The notes: generated by a model from the letters alone, not told the origin. A stretch of 64,000 nucleotides of DNA from Candidatus Nanoarchaeia archaeon (GCA_035289925.1 DATDVR010000002.1:10590-74589), one strand, 5' to 3'; positions 54,760-64,000 are shown, counted from the stretch's first letter. Numbers and translations: made by a program.

Positions 54760-54906
54760 CTTTTTCAAGTTCAAGATTAATCATAAACTAGTAAAGGCAA
54801 AATTCTTTAAGAACTTTTCTTAGAAAAATCCGTAAATCTTCCGATTAATTAGTAATCCCACTAGGAACTATAAGCCTTTAAGATTTATAAAATTATGCTC
54901 TAAGAA

Positions 54907-55317
54907 TTAAATTTTGTTTAATTCTTCTTTTACAGCTTTTAAAATTGGTTCAAAACAAGCTTCTTCAATAGAAATTACATCTTGCACATCTTTTATAGAT
55001 GGAATATAACCTCTATAATTTATATTGTTTCTCAAGCTTTTTAGACTATTTAGGACCATAATAGGTCTCTTTGTATTAACTTTTAAAGTAAATAGTTCAT
55101 TAATCATTTCAGTATGATGATCCTGTCCTATGACCTCTTTTCCCCTTATTAATAAAAGAGCATCACCAAGCATTCTAAAATTTTCATAAATCCTACTTAC
55201 AATTGTTATTCCAGACTGGTTTGAAGGCTTTAATGTTTGTATAAAGTTTATTTCGATTTCTGCCGCCTGAACAATACTTCTTGCTTTAGCTTTGTCAGGT
55301 ACTCTTTGTCTTATCAT
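54907..55317 (-). CDS. HEPN-like protein (partner of the MNT nucleotidyltransferase)
   Basis: All-helical, 136 aa, 4-nt overlap with the MNT gene. It carries LRNNINYRGY where HEPN RNases have R-x4-6-H. Confidence 0.5.
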   Translation of the reverse strand: MIRQRVPDKAKARSIVQAAEIEINFIQTLKPSNQSGITIVSRIYENFRMLGDALLLIRGKEVIGQDHHTEMINELFTLKVNTKRPIMVLNSLKSLRNNINYRGYIPSIKDVQDVISIEEACFEPILKAVKEELNKI

Positions 55318-55895
55318 GGTCTAACCTCTAAAAATCCATCCAATACAATGCCATTGGCAATGTTTGCAAATAAATTTAAATCTATTTTATTTCTTGAAAA
55401 TACATGAATATTTGCCTTTATATTTTGCCTATATCCCAATTCCTTTATTATAATTTCAAATATCTCTAAAGGTTTATTATCCAAAACTTCTACAGCTATG
55501 TCTAAATCACTATCCTTAATATCATCTCCCCACCTAAAACTTCCAAATAAAACAATGCATTTTGCGTTAGGTAAGCTCTTTTTAATCACATCCAATATTG
55601 GACTTTCATAAATTAATCTTAAGTTGAAAGGTATCTTTCTGGTTTTAAAATATGGGTGCTGAGGATTAGATTTTATTCTCCACAATTTGCCAATTATGCT
55701 AATTTTTAAAAATCCATCTTTTTCTAGTTCAGATACCACTAAATTCGCAGTAGTTTTGCTTATATCTGTTGCTTTACAAACATCATTCAAAGAAAATTCC
55801 TCTTGAGGATATGCAAAGAACCAAGCATGAACTTTATCATAAGCTCTTTCCAATTTTGGAATTTCAGTTCCACTAATCTTTTTTGTTTTAAGCAT
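55314..55895 (-). CDS. Minimal nucleotidyltransferase (MNT) with N-terminal winged-helix domain
   Basis: IVLFGSFRWGDDIKDSDLDIAVEV (GS...DxD). N-terminal DISKTTANLVVSELEKDGFL is a wHTH. Confidence 0.7.
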   Translation of the reverse strand: MLKTKKISGTEIPKLERAYDKVHAWFFAYPQEEFSLNDVCKATDISKTTANLVVSELEKDGFLKISIIGKLWRIKSNPQHPYFKTRKIPFNLRLIYESPILDVIKKSLPNAKCIVLFGSFRWGDDIKDSDLDIAVEVLDNKPLEIFEIIIKELGYRQNIKANIHVFSRNKIDLNLFANIANGIVLDGFLEVRP

Positions 55896-55917
55896 CTAAA
55901 TAGTAACTCATAAGACT

Positions 55918-55931
55918 ATTTAAGCTTTTCT
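55918..55931 (-). promoter_or_regulatory. Second copy of ATTTAAGCTTTTCT, 23 nt upstream of the MNT start
   Basis: Exact repeat of 54746-54759. Confidence 0.4.
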
Positions 55932-55995
55932 ATTACCATATGGTTCTTAAAAAAGTTTAATGGTTTTATAAAAATTCTTTAAGAAGTTTTCTTTT

Positions 55996-56307
55996 TTATT
56001 GGGAAGTTTCAGAAGATTTTTTATCTTCATATCTTTTAAGAATTCTTTCTAAACTGGCTATCCTGTTTTTTCTTATGGTCAATCTCTTTTCTGTCAAGAA
56101 AGGAGGTTTATCTTTATAATTAGGAGCAACATTAGAAACAATTACCCTATCTTCAGCTACACTAAATATATAGCTGGTTATAGGACAAGGATTATCTATA
56201 GAAGCCTCAGATTTTTTATAGTAGACTCTTACAATGTCTCCTACACTTAATACTGTAAGACCTCTGTCTGTATGAGAAACTTCTTCAATTATTAATTCTG
56301 GTTGCAT
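55996..56307 (-). CDS. Hypothetical protein
   Basis: 103-aa ORF with an A/T box upstream. No motif recognised. Confidence 0.4.
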   Translation of the reverse strand: MQPELIIEEVSHTDRGLTVLSVGDIVRVYYKKSEASIDNPCPITSYIFSVAEDRVIVSNVAPNYKDKPPFLTEKRLTIRKNRIASLERILKRYEDKKSSETSQ

Positions 56308-56396
56308 AAAATTGTAATAAATAGTCTATTTATAAAACTTTCACTACTACTATTATTATTAGATAAGTTTAAAAACAGTCAGAAAATTTTTCATCT

Positions 56397-56813
56397 ATGC
56401 AAAGATTAAGAAAATTTCATGAAGCATATCTTGCTGCAAGACTGGATTCTATAGCCTGGCAGATAGAGGACTATGATTCCAAAGAATTGGTTCAATTAAG
56501 AAAGGGTCTTGAAAACAGGTTTGACAAGTCTGGAGCATTATCCTGCCTTATAACTTTGGATGACGCTATTGAAACTTATTTTGCAAAGTTTACTAAAAGC
56601 CATGACTCAAGATTGGATACTATAAAAGGAATAACTTCGCTGTTAGAAAAGCTTCAATATCACTCAGTAAATTTATTGATTTTCAATTCAATAATAGAAA
56701 AATACTACGTTGAAAATACAATTTATGGTGTGGAAAAAGAAAAAAAGGTTATTAAGGGTAAAAATAAAGTGCATAGAAAATCCAAGAGAATTCCTTATGT
56801 AAGGTCTTTCTGA
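56397..56813 (+). CDS. Hypothetical protein
   Basis: 138-aa ORF with a basic C-terminus. No motif recognised. Confidence 0.4.
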   Translation: MQRLRKFHEAYLAARLDSIAWQIEDYDSKELVQLRKGLENRFDKSGALSCLITLDDAIETYFAKFTKSHDSRLDTIKGITSLLEKLQYHSVNLLIFNSIIEKYYVENTIYGVEKEKKVIKGKNKVHRKSKRIPYVRSF

Positions 56814-57722
56814 TTATCCCCTGATAAAGTTCCAAATCATTCCTAGCCCATAAGAAAGATGCACCAAAGGATAAATAATCAATATCATAGGATACTCCAA
56901 TATTGCTAAATTTTTAATCATTTGAAAAGTTCCAAACAATAACACAAGTGCAATATACAATGCCAAAGGATACAGCATTAAATTTCCAAGCTGGTAGTGT
57001 ATCAACGGCAATAATATTAAATAAATAAGAAACATTGATGGAACAAATATTACTGGATTTATTTCAGCAAAAGGAGTCTTGTTTATTCTTTCTTTCTTCA
57101 ATCTCACATATCCATACTTGAAAAACTGCTTCAAGAATCCTTTCAAGTCTGCTCTTCTTCTGTGGTAGATTATTATTTCTGGGTTGTAAGCCAGTTTAAA
57201 TCCAGCTTTCTTGACTCTGTAATAGAATTCTGGATCTTCTCCAGGATAAAGTCTTGGATCAAACCCTTTTATCTTCTTGAAAACTTCTTTCTTAACTATG
57301 CAGTTTGCTGAAGTTAAATTAAATTCATCTACATTCAAATCTAGATTTCCTTTTTTGTATCTTGAGCTCATTTTGAAGGTTGCAAACCATGATTCAAATA
57401 CATATCCGCATGATCTTGCAAAATATCCATCATCTTTTGGAGTTAGCTGAGGTCCTCCAACCAAATCTACCTCTTTATGTTCATTAAAAAACTTCTCAGC
57501 ATTCTTCAGATAATCATTGTCAAGTACAGCATCATCATCCACAAACACCAAGTATTTCCCTTTTGCTTTTTTTATTCCATAATTCCTGTTTTCAGAAGGA
57601 TTTAATCCATATTTAATAATGACTTCATATTCTTTCTTGTTATAATTTAATTTCTTCAGGCTTTCCTTTATCTCGCATTTCCTGTCAGGAGCTACAGGCA
57701 CAATTATAGAAAATTTTACCAT
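56814..57722 (-). CDS. GT2 glycosyltransferase with C-terminal TM helices
   Basis: KFSIIVPVAP and VDDDAV (DxD). C-terminal hydrophobic helices. Confidence 0.8.
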   Translation of the reverse strand: MVKFSIIVPVAPDRKCEIKESLKKLNYNKKEYEVIIKYGLNPSENRNYGIKKAKGKYLVFVDDDAVLDNDYLKNAEKFFNEHKEVDLVGGPQLTPKDDGYFARSCGYVFESWFATFKMSSRYKKGNLDLNVDEFNLTSANCIVKKEVFKKIKGFDPRLYPGEDPEFYYRVKKAGFKLAYNPEIIIYHRRRADLKGFLKQFFKYGYVRLKKERINKTPFAEINPVIFVPSMFLIYLILLPLIHYQLGNLMLYPLALYIALVLLFGTFQMIKNLAILEYPMILIIYPLVHLSYGLGMIWNFIRG

Positions 57723-57723
57723 T

Positions 57724-58710
57724 TTAAAGTACCCAGATTAAGCTTGAAAAGAATAACTGTATTAATATCATGAAAAAAGTTATTTGTTTTTCAGTAAATT
57801 TTCCAGTTCTTGAAAATATATGCGGAATTGAATAAATTTTGTCTCCATGCCAGCTCATTATCTTCCCGTTTTTGTAAAATCCATAGCTTTTTGCGTTAAA
57901 TTTAGCTCTTGCCTTCAAAACAAACTCAATAAAGAATGGAATTGATGCAATCAATGCAGCTTTCTCAATGTTTCCAACTATTGCAATAGAAACTATTACA
58001 GCACCTAAAAAATAAGTAAGTGAATCTCCGGGCATTATTTTTGCAGGATACTTGTTATAGTAATAAAATGCCAATAAACTTGCAAAGGCTATTGCTCCAA
58101 TTGCTGCAGCAGAATATCTTCCGGCAGAATATGCATAGATGCTAAGCATTCCAGTATAGACTAATCCCATTCCAGCCTCCATTCCATTAAATCCTCCTAG
58201 AATGTTCACCATGTTTGCAGCCCCAACAATTCCTATCGGAACAAAAAGCAGAGGATACATCAATCCAACATCAATTTTTCCTAGAATTGGAAAGGTCATA
58301 ACAGTATGCCCTGCATTTATCACAACCAAAGGAACTGCAGTAAGTATTGTAAGTAAAGGCTTTTGCCACTGCCTTAATCCAACAGATTCACCTATGTGCT
58401 TATTGACTATTAAGTCATCTAAAAATCCTACAAATGTAATCAATATTATTGTAGTTGTCGCAGCAAACATTATTATCAACGAATTTGTAGTCTGGTAATA
58501 AAAAGTCTGCACAAAAACATACACCATCAATCCTGCAAGCATTCCAGCCAAAGCTGCCACGCCTCCAGAAGCCACAATTAAAGGTTTATTTTTCTTGTTC
58601 TGGTCTGCAGAAACCAAGTCAACTTTCTTCAAGTATCTAATCCATAAAGGAGTTGACAAAAAAGTCACGATAAATGCTATCAATGGTCCTAGATACAAGA
58701 ATATTTGCAT
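57724..58710 (-). CDS. aglH: UDP-GlcNAc:dolichyl-phosphate GlcNAc-1-phosphate transferase (MraY/WecA/GPT family, AglH-like)
   Basis: Ten or more TM helices. GFLDDL and NMVNILGGFNGMEAGMG motifs are typical of archaeal GPT-family enzymes. Confidence 0.8.
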   Translation of the reverse strand: MQIFLYLGPLIAFIVTFLSTPLWIRYLKKVDLVSADQNKKNKPLIVASGGVAALAGMLAGLMVYVFVQTFYYQTTNSLIIMFAATTTIILITFVGFLDDLIVNKHIGESVGLRQWQKPLLTILTAVPLVVINAGHTVMTFPILGKIDVGLMYPLLFVPIGIVGAANMVNILGGFNGMEAGMGLVYTGMLSIYAYSAGRYSAAAIGAIAFASLLAFYYYNKYPAKIMPGDSLTYFLGAVIVSIAIVGNIEKAALIASIPFFIEFVLKARAKFNAKSYGFYKNGKIMSWHGDKIYSIPHIFSRTGKFTEKQITFFMILIQLFFSSLIWVL

Positions 58711-58749
58711 AAAATCTTTAAAAAAAGTCCATTTAAATATGTTGTGAAC

Positions 58750-61383
58750 TTAATTGGGAAGTGTCAATCTGATGTCAGGATACTGCGTTTCCAGATATTC
58801 TGGCTTGAATTTAGTATATCTTGTGTCTGCTTCCCATATCTTTAATGGTCCTATCAATCTTCCTTGGTAGATTGCCAAGGGCATGTTTGAAGAATCTTCA
58901 TAAACTGTCTTGAATCCTGGCAAGTCTTTTCCTAAAAGATACATCTGTCCGAATAATGTCCTGTAAACTCTTGGTGATACAAATATTGCTGCTCCAAAAA
59001 AGTCTCCTTTTGTAGTTGTTGTGAAAGTTGGGATTATCCTCAAGCAGCCAGACATGAAATCTTCTCCGTCAAACCTGTATTCTACATTGTTGAAAAACAC
59101 GCATTGCAATGGTACTAAATGTTGTTTGTCTTGGAATGCAATAACAGCATCAACTCTGTTAAATTTGCCTGTGAAAATTCTTGTGTCTGCTGTCATGTTA
59201 CCAACATGCACTATAAATCCTATCACGCCCGAAGCTCTTCCAGGAAATACGGTTCCTTTATATTTATAAGTTTCATCCAGTGTAACTCCGCCCTGATATA
59301 TTAAAAGAGTTTCATTTTTTGTTGCCTGTGTTTGCTTTGGATCAAGACTAAAAGTCCCTATAGTTGAAAATCTGTCATAGTTCTCGTCGCTACCAATGCT
59401 TGAATATGCCCCATATTTTCCAATTTCATCTGCTACCATGAGCAAATATGTTGCGTTATGCGCCTTCATGAATTCCAAGGCTTCATTCGAATCTTGCGCT
59501 GTAAGTAAATGTCTTCCGCTTAGATAGTTCCAGTAGATGAAGAAGTTTCCTCCGTCAGTTACTGTAGCTCTTTCAAATCCAGACTGCACCCAGTATCCAT
59601 AGTCCCACCAGTGCGCAAAAACTGCATCCTTTGGTGTGTTTTCTCTTGCCCATTTCCCAGCCTGCTGCCATTGCTGGTTGTACCATGGATAAATAGATTT
59701 AGCCTGTTGGTAGCTTGAATCAGCCTGCACCAAAACAATGCCTTTTGAAAAACTGAAAGGGCTTATTAATAAAAATACAAGCAAAAATATAAGTGCATAT
59801 CTTAATATTTTATTGTTCAATGCCTTGAAGTAGTCAAATGCAAACACGACAAAGAAAGCAGCCAATGGAGCAGTCACTAATGAAAACTCAAACATCAATC
59901 TTATTGCCGATGTTGCAGCAATTATCTTTATGAAGAACCAGATGAATACAAAAGAGTAATCTATATTAAGGTTATTTTCAATATCTTTAAACAATTCTCT
60001 GTTCTTGTAGAAGGTTCTTAAATATCCATAGCTCAATGTTCCAAAAAAAAGAAGTATGCTTCCATAGAAAAGGAAATGCGCTATTCCAGTCTCTCCGTTG
60101 AGTTTTGTATTAGGAGAGTATCTTGAAAATACATAACCAAAAATGAACAATGCGTAAATTATTGTTAATTTCCATGAAGCTTTAAGTTTCTTCACAGTAT
60201 TGTAAAATAATGCTATTGAACCAAAGATAAAAAAGTATACATAAAGTTTACCCATCTCGCTCATCCAGTCAACAACAAACGGCTTCCTGTTTTCAGCAAC
60301 AGTTAAGCTCCATCTGCTCTGACCGTAAGCCTCAAAAAGATGATGGTAAACTTCGAAAAACATATCAATGAAGAATTTCGAGCCAAGTATGAAGTAAAGA
60401 ATTACTGTGCTTATCAAAACTGTTACTATCAATGCAATTATTCCTTTAGGCAATGAATTTGAAATCTTCTCACTTAGTTTCACAACCTTAAATTCAAATA
60501 AAATCATGTAAATTGTTGCTAAAGCTAAAGCGGCAAAAGCTGTTAAAGATGGTGCAGCAGATAAGAAAGGTCTTATTCCGTAGTCTGTCAAAAATTGCCA
60601 GTAGATTATGAAAGGCAGTATCCATGCAAGGTATGTATAGTAATCTTGTTTCTTGAACTTGTCAAATAATATTTTTACTATGTTGAACGCTCCAAATATG
60701 AACAGTATGAAATTTGCATTTCCTGCAGTTTCCATAGCAGCTACAGTTATTATTCCTGCAAAAGCTGCTAAAATTATTGACTTCAATAAATTGTCTGTTT
60801 TTGTTGATATGAAATAAAAGTAGAACGCCATTATCATTAGCATTACTGCAAGTATGTCATGATCTGTGCTTCCTGCAGTGCTTCTGAAGATGAAAGTTGG
60901 CAAAATATTGATAAATAAAACGCTCAACAATCCAGTTTTCCAGTCAAATAATTTCCTCATCAATAAAAACATGAATATTGAAAGGGTAATCATAGCAATC
61001 AATGGATAAATTATGTCAACATATTCTACAGTCAATGAAGGATTGAAGACATGTAAGAACTTCCACAGATAAGCTACGAAATAAGATGTAAAGACTCCAA
61101 TCCCAGTTAAGTCAGCTCCAATTGGATAGAATCTCATCTGGTCAACTTTGAACAAAGTTCCATGCTCTGCAATATACTGCGCATATCTTAAGAATAATGT
61201 TGAATCCAGCTCAGCAGTTATATATTTTCCTGTTGTAGAATCTTTCAACGTCCCAATGTTCTGTGTTCTTATGTTGAAACCATACCAGATTATTATTGCT
61301 AATATAAAAAAGACTAGGTAAACTTTATAGTTCTTGATAAAAGATATTAATTTCTCTTTCCTTTTATTCAACACATCATCCAT
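58750..61383 (-). CDS. aglB: Oligosaccharyltransferase AglB (STT3 family), copy 1
   Basis: 13-TM-type N-terminal region plus a C-terminal globular domain with AHWWDYGYWVQ (WWDYG). Confidence 0.9.
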   Translation of the reverse strand: MDDVLNKRKEKLISFIKNYKVYLVFFILAIIIWYGFNIRTQNIGTLKDSTTGKYITAELDSTLFLRYAQYIAEHGTLFKVDQMRFYPIGADLTGIGVFTSYFVAYLWKFLHVFNPSLTVEYVDIIYPLIAMITLSIFMFLLMRKLFDWKTGLLSVLFINILPTFIFRSTAGSTDHDILAVMLMIMAFYFYFISTKTDNLLKSIILAAFAGIITVAAMETAGNANFILFIFGAFNIVKILFDKFKKQDYYTYLAWILPFIIYWQFLTDYGIRPFLSAAPSLTAFAALALATIYMILFEFKVVKLSEKISNSLPKGIIALIVTVLISTVILYFILGSKFFIDMFFEVYHHLFEAYGQSRWSLTVAENRKPFVVDWMSEMGKLYVYFFIFGSIALFYNTVKKLKASWKLTIIYALFIFGYVFSRYSPNTKLNGETGIAHFLFYGSILLFFGTLSYGYLRTFYKNRELFKDIENNLNIDYSFVFIWFFIKIIAATSAIRLMFEFSLVTAPLAAFFVVFAFDYFKALNNKILRYALIFLLVFLLISPFSFSKGIVLVQADSSYQQAKSIYPWYNQQWQQAGKWARENTPKDAVFAHWWDYGYWVQSGFERATVTDGGNFFIYWNYLSGRHLLTAQDSNEALEFMKAHNATYLLMVADEIGKYGAYSSIGSDENYDRFSTIGTFSLDPKQTQATKNETLLIYQGGVTLDETYKYKGTVFPGRASGVIGFIVHVGNMTADTRIFTGKFNRVDAVIAFQDKQHLVPLQCVFFNNVEYRFDGEDFMSGCLRIIPTFTTTTKGDFFGAAIFVSPRVYRTLFGQMYLLGKDLPGFKTVYEDSSNMPLAIYQGRLIGPLKIWEADTRYTKFKPEYLETQYPDIRLTLPN

Positions 61384-61420
61384 TTTTTTCTAAAAAATTC
61401 CCATTAAATATGTTATGAAC

Positions 61421-64000
61421 TTAATTCGGCAATGTCAGTCTCACGTCAGGATACTGAGTTTCCAGATATTCTGGCTTGAAAGCTACTCCTCTTGTGTCTG
61501 CTTCCCATATTTTTAGTGGACCAATCAATCTTCCTTGGTAGATTGCCAATGGCATGTTGTTTGAATCTTCATATACTGTTTTAAATCCAGGCAAGTCCTT
61601 TTCTAAAAGATACATCTGGCCAAATACAGTCCTGTATACTCTTGGCGATACAAATATTGCTGCTCCAAATCCATCTCCTTGTGTATTGCTTACAAAAGTT
61701 GGTATTATTCTCAAGCAGGCAGGCATGAAATCTTCACCATCAAATCTTAATTCTACATTATTGAAAAACACGCATTGCAATGGAACAAGATATTGCTGGT
61801 TCTGGAAATAAATTACTGCATCAACTCTGTTGAAGTTTGCTGTAAAAGATTGTTCATTAGGCGTCAAGTTCCCAAGATGAACTATAAATCCAATTACTCC
61901 TGCCGCGCCTCCAGGCAATACAGTGCCTTTGTAGTTGAAAGTTTCGTCTAGAGTAACGCCTCCAGTATAAATTAGCAAAGTTTCATTTCTTGTTTCCTGT
62001 CTCTGCTTCGGATCAAGGCCAAAAGTTCCTATGGTTGAAAATCTGTCATAGTTCTCGTCGCTTCCAATGCTTGCATAGGCTCCATATTTTCCAATTTCAT
62101 CAGAAATCATAAGAAGATAAGTTGCATTGTGAGCTTTCATGAATTCCAATGCTTCATCTGGACTCTGAGCAGTTAACAAATGTCTTCCGCTTAGATAGTT
62201 CCAGTAGATGAAAAAATTTCCTCCGTCAGTTACTGTAGCTCTTTCAAATCCTGATTGAACCCAATATCCATAGTCCCACCAATGTGCAAACACTGCATCT
62301 TTTGGAGTGTTTTCTCTTGCCCATTTTCCAGCCTGCTGCCATTGCTGGTTGTAAGATGGATAAATAAACTTGGCCTGCTGAGAGCTTGATTCAGCCTGCA
62401 CAGGTATTATCCCTTTTGAAAAAGAAATTTTTCCAAGTGAAATGCTGATTGGATTGATAAGTAAGAATACTAATATCACTAATGACGCAATTCTTGCAAA
62501 TTTGTTTGCTTTTATATAATGAACGGCAGAAAATAGTATGCCAAAAAATATCAAAGCCATAATAATCTGTACTTTAAATGCAAATGCTGCAAACAATACT
62601 ATTCCTAAAAGAAAAGATAATGCACTCATCAAGTAGTAATTTGCATTTTCATTTTTCTTTATTTCATCCCATGCATAAATGGCAAAGAATGCTGCCAATG
62701 GCGCAGTCACAAGTGAAAACTCGAACATAAGCCTTATTGCAGATGTTGCAGCAATTATCTTTATGAAGAACCAGATAAATATAAATGCATAGTCAATGTT
62801 TAAGTTTGATTCAATATCTTTAAACAATTCTCTGTTTTTGTAGAAAGTTCTCAAATATCCATAACTCAATGTTCCAAAAAGAAGTATCAATCCACCATAG
62901 AAAAGGAATTGCGCTATTCCAGTCTCTCCATTAAGCTTAGTATCAGGAGAATATCTTGAAAATACATATCCCAAAATGAACAATCCGTAAACCAAAGTAA
63001 GCTTCCATGCTCCTTTAAGCTTGCTCACCATCTTGTGAAATAAAGCTATTGATCCAAAAATAAAGAAATAGACATACACTTTCCCCATCTGGCTCATCCA
63101 GTCAACTACAAAAGGCTTTCTGTTTTCTGCAACAGTCAAGCTCCATCTTGTCTGTGAATATGCCTTGAATAAATGATTGTAAACTTCTGTAAACCTATCA
63201 ACAATAAACTGGCTTCCAAACAATATATACATCAGTATCCCAACAATCAATAAAGCTATTATCAAAGACAATAATCCTTTTGGTACAAGATTCATTATTT
63301 TTTCATTGAGTTTTGTTAGTTTAACTTCAAATACTAGGAAATAAACTGTTGCCAATGCAAGCGCAAAGAAAGCAACAGCAGAGGTAGCTGCAAATAAGAA
63401 AGGTCTTATTCCGTAGTCTGTCAAAAACTGCCAGTAGATTATGAAAGGCAGAATCCATGCAAGATATGTATAATAGTCTTGTTTTCTGAATTTGTCAAAT
63501 AATATTTTTACTATGTTGAACGCTCCAAATATGAACAGTATGAAGTTTGCATTTCCTGCAGTTTCTCTTGCAGCTGCCGTAATTACTCCTGCAAAAGCTG
63601 CTAGAAATAAAGACTTCCATAAATTATCTGTTTTTGTTGATATGAAATAAAAGTAGAATGCCATTATCATCAACATTACTGCAAGTATGTCGTGGTCTGT
63701 GCTTCCTGCCGTGCTTCTAAATATAAAAGATGGTAAAATATTGATAAAAATTACGCTCAGCAATCCAGTTCTCCAGTCAAATAATTTTCTCATCAATAAA
63801 AACAAGAATATTGAAAGAATTATCATTGATATTATAGGATAAATTACGTCAACATATTCAACAGTCAATGAAGAATTGAAAACGTGCAAAAATTTCCACA
63901 GATAAGCTACAAAATAAGATGTAAAAACTCCAGTTCCTGTCAAGTCAGCTCCAATTGGATAGAACCTCATTGGATCAACTTTGAATAAAGTCCCATGCTC
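61421..64000 (-). CDS. aglB: Oligosaccharyltransferase AglB (STT3 family), copy 2; N-terminus lies beyond the right edge
   Basis: Same WWDYG region. The frame stays open to base 64000 (EHGTLFKVDPMRFYP aligns with internal EHGTLFKVDQMRFYP of copy 1), so Met at 63970 is internal. Confidence 0.9.
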   Translation of the reverse strand, partial: EHGTLFKVDPMRFYPIGADLTGTGVFTSYFVAYLWKFLHVFNSSLTVEYVDVIYPIISMIILSIFLFLLMRKLFDWRTGLLSVIFINILPSFIFRSTAGSTDHDILAVMLMIMAFYFYFISTKTDNLWKSLFLAAFAGVITAAARETAGNANFILFIFGAFNIVKILFDKFRKQDYYTYLAWILPFIIYWQFLTDYGIRPFLFAATSAVAFFALALATVYFLVFEVKLTKLNEKIMNLVPKGLLSLIIALLIVGILMYILFGSQFIVDRFTEVYNHLFKAYSQTRWSLTVAENRKPFVVDWMSQMGKVYVYFFIFGSIALFHKMVSKLKGAWKLTLVYGLFILGYVFSRYSPDTKLNGETGIAQFLFYGGLILLFGTLSYGYLRTFYKNRELFKDIESNLNIDYAFIFIWFFIKIIAATSAIRLMFEFSLVTAPLAAFFAIYAWDEIKKNENANYYLMSALSFLLGIVLFAAFAFKVQIIMALIFFGILFSAVHYIKANKFARIASLVILVFLLINPISISLGKISFSKGIIPVQAESSSQQAKFIYPSYNQQWQQAGKWARENTPKDAVFAHWWDYGYWVQSGFERATVTDGGNFFIYWNYLSGRHLLTAQSPDEALEFMKAHNATYLLMISDEIGKYGAYASIGSDENYDRFSTIGTFGLDPKQRQETRNETLLIYTGGVTLDETFNYKGTVLPGGAAGVIGFIVHLGNLTPNEQSFTANFNRVDAVIYFQNQQYLVPLQCVFFNNVELRFDGEDFMPACLRIIPTFVSNTQGDGFGAAIFVSPRVYRTVFGQMYLLEKDLPGFKTVYEDSNNMPLAIYQGRLIGPLKIWEADTRGVAFKPEYLETQYPDVRLTLPN

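Larger units (their letters stand above)
58727..64000 (-). repeat. Tandem duplication of an approximately 2.7-kb aglB unit including about 22 nt of 3' flank
   Basis: Long identical DNA runs occur in both copies (e.g. CCGCTTAGATAGTTCCAGTAGATGAA). The 3' flanks match closely: 58727-58749 (GTCCATTTAAATATGTTGTGAAC) versus 61398-61420 (TTCCCATTAAATATGTTATGAAC). Confidence 0.75.

Noticed and set aside
54907-55317. Calling the HEPN-like protein an active RNase toxin
   Set aside because: The expected R-x4-6-H motif reads RNNINY (Tyr, not His). Activity cannot be inferred, so it is kept as HEPN-like only.
48320-56813. Looked for an integrase, transposase, flanking direct repeats or a tRNA target to define the island as an integrated element
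   Set aside because: None seen by eye, so it is reported only as a compositionally and functionally distinct island, not a mobile element.
1-64000. CRISPR arrays, rRNA genes, in-frame stop (Sec/Pyl) recoding
   Set aside because: No regularly spaced direct repeats and no rRNA-like conserved stretches were seen. No family-recognisable genes are interrupted by single stops, apart from the RelE-like remnant.

Overview
AT-rich, densely coded archaeal chromosome segment of about 75 genes. All calls come from reading the supplied translations and the DNA by eye; no searches, alignments or statistics were run. Archaeal hallmarks: secF-secD, two tandem AglB/STT3 oligosaccharyltransferases (WWDYG), an AglH-type GlcNAc-1-P transferase, an aIF5A-like gene, TATA boxes about 21-26 nt upstream of starts, and tRNAs with bulge-helix-bulge introns. 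Low GC, short proteins and gene content suggest a DPANN-type archaeon (inference only). Most of the window is one very large cell-surface glycosylation locus: about 7 GT2, 1 GT4, 2 GT9 and 3 ArnT/PMT-like GT-C enzymes, Wzx- and ArnE/F-like flippases, sugar-modifying enzymes, AglH and 2x AglB. Five things stand out. (1) 9.4-21.2 kb holds a phosphonate cluster: a PEP mutase fused to a nucleotidyltransferase, phosphonopyruvate decarboxylase, Fe-alcohol dehydrogenase, a B12-radical SAM enzyme, a 2OG oxygenase, methyltransferases, CDP-alcohol phosphotransferase paralogs and a flippase. I read it as making and attaching a hydroxyalkylphosphonate to a surface glycan or lipid. (2) A 179-aa mini-intein sits inside the Fe-S cysteine motif of a second B12-radical SAM enzyme. 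(3) Two tRNAs carry introns at non-canonical positions (53/54 and 30/31), each with the same BHB geometry. (4) A roughly 8.5-kb defence/toxin-antitoxin island (R-M with a HEAT-repeat methyltransferase, a nuclease pair, HEPN-MNT, an RHH plus RelE remnant, a Panacea-domain gene) splits the glycosylation locus. (5) aglB is tandemly duplicated, and one copy has a two-helix insertion. No rRNA, CRISPR array, transposase or integrase was seen.
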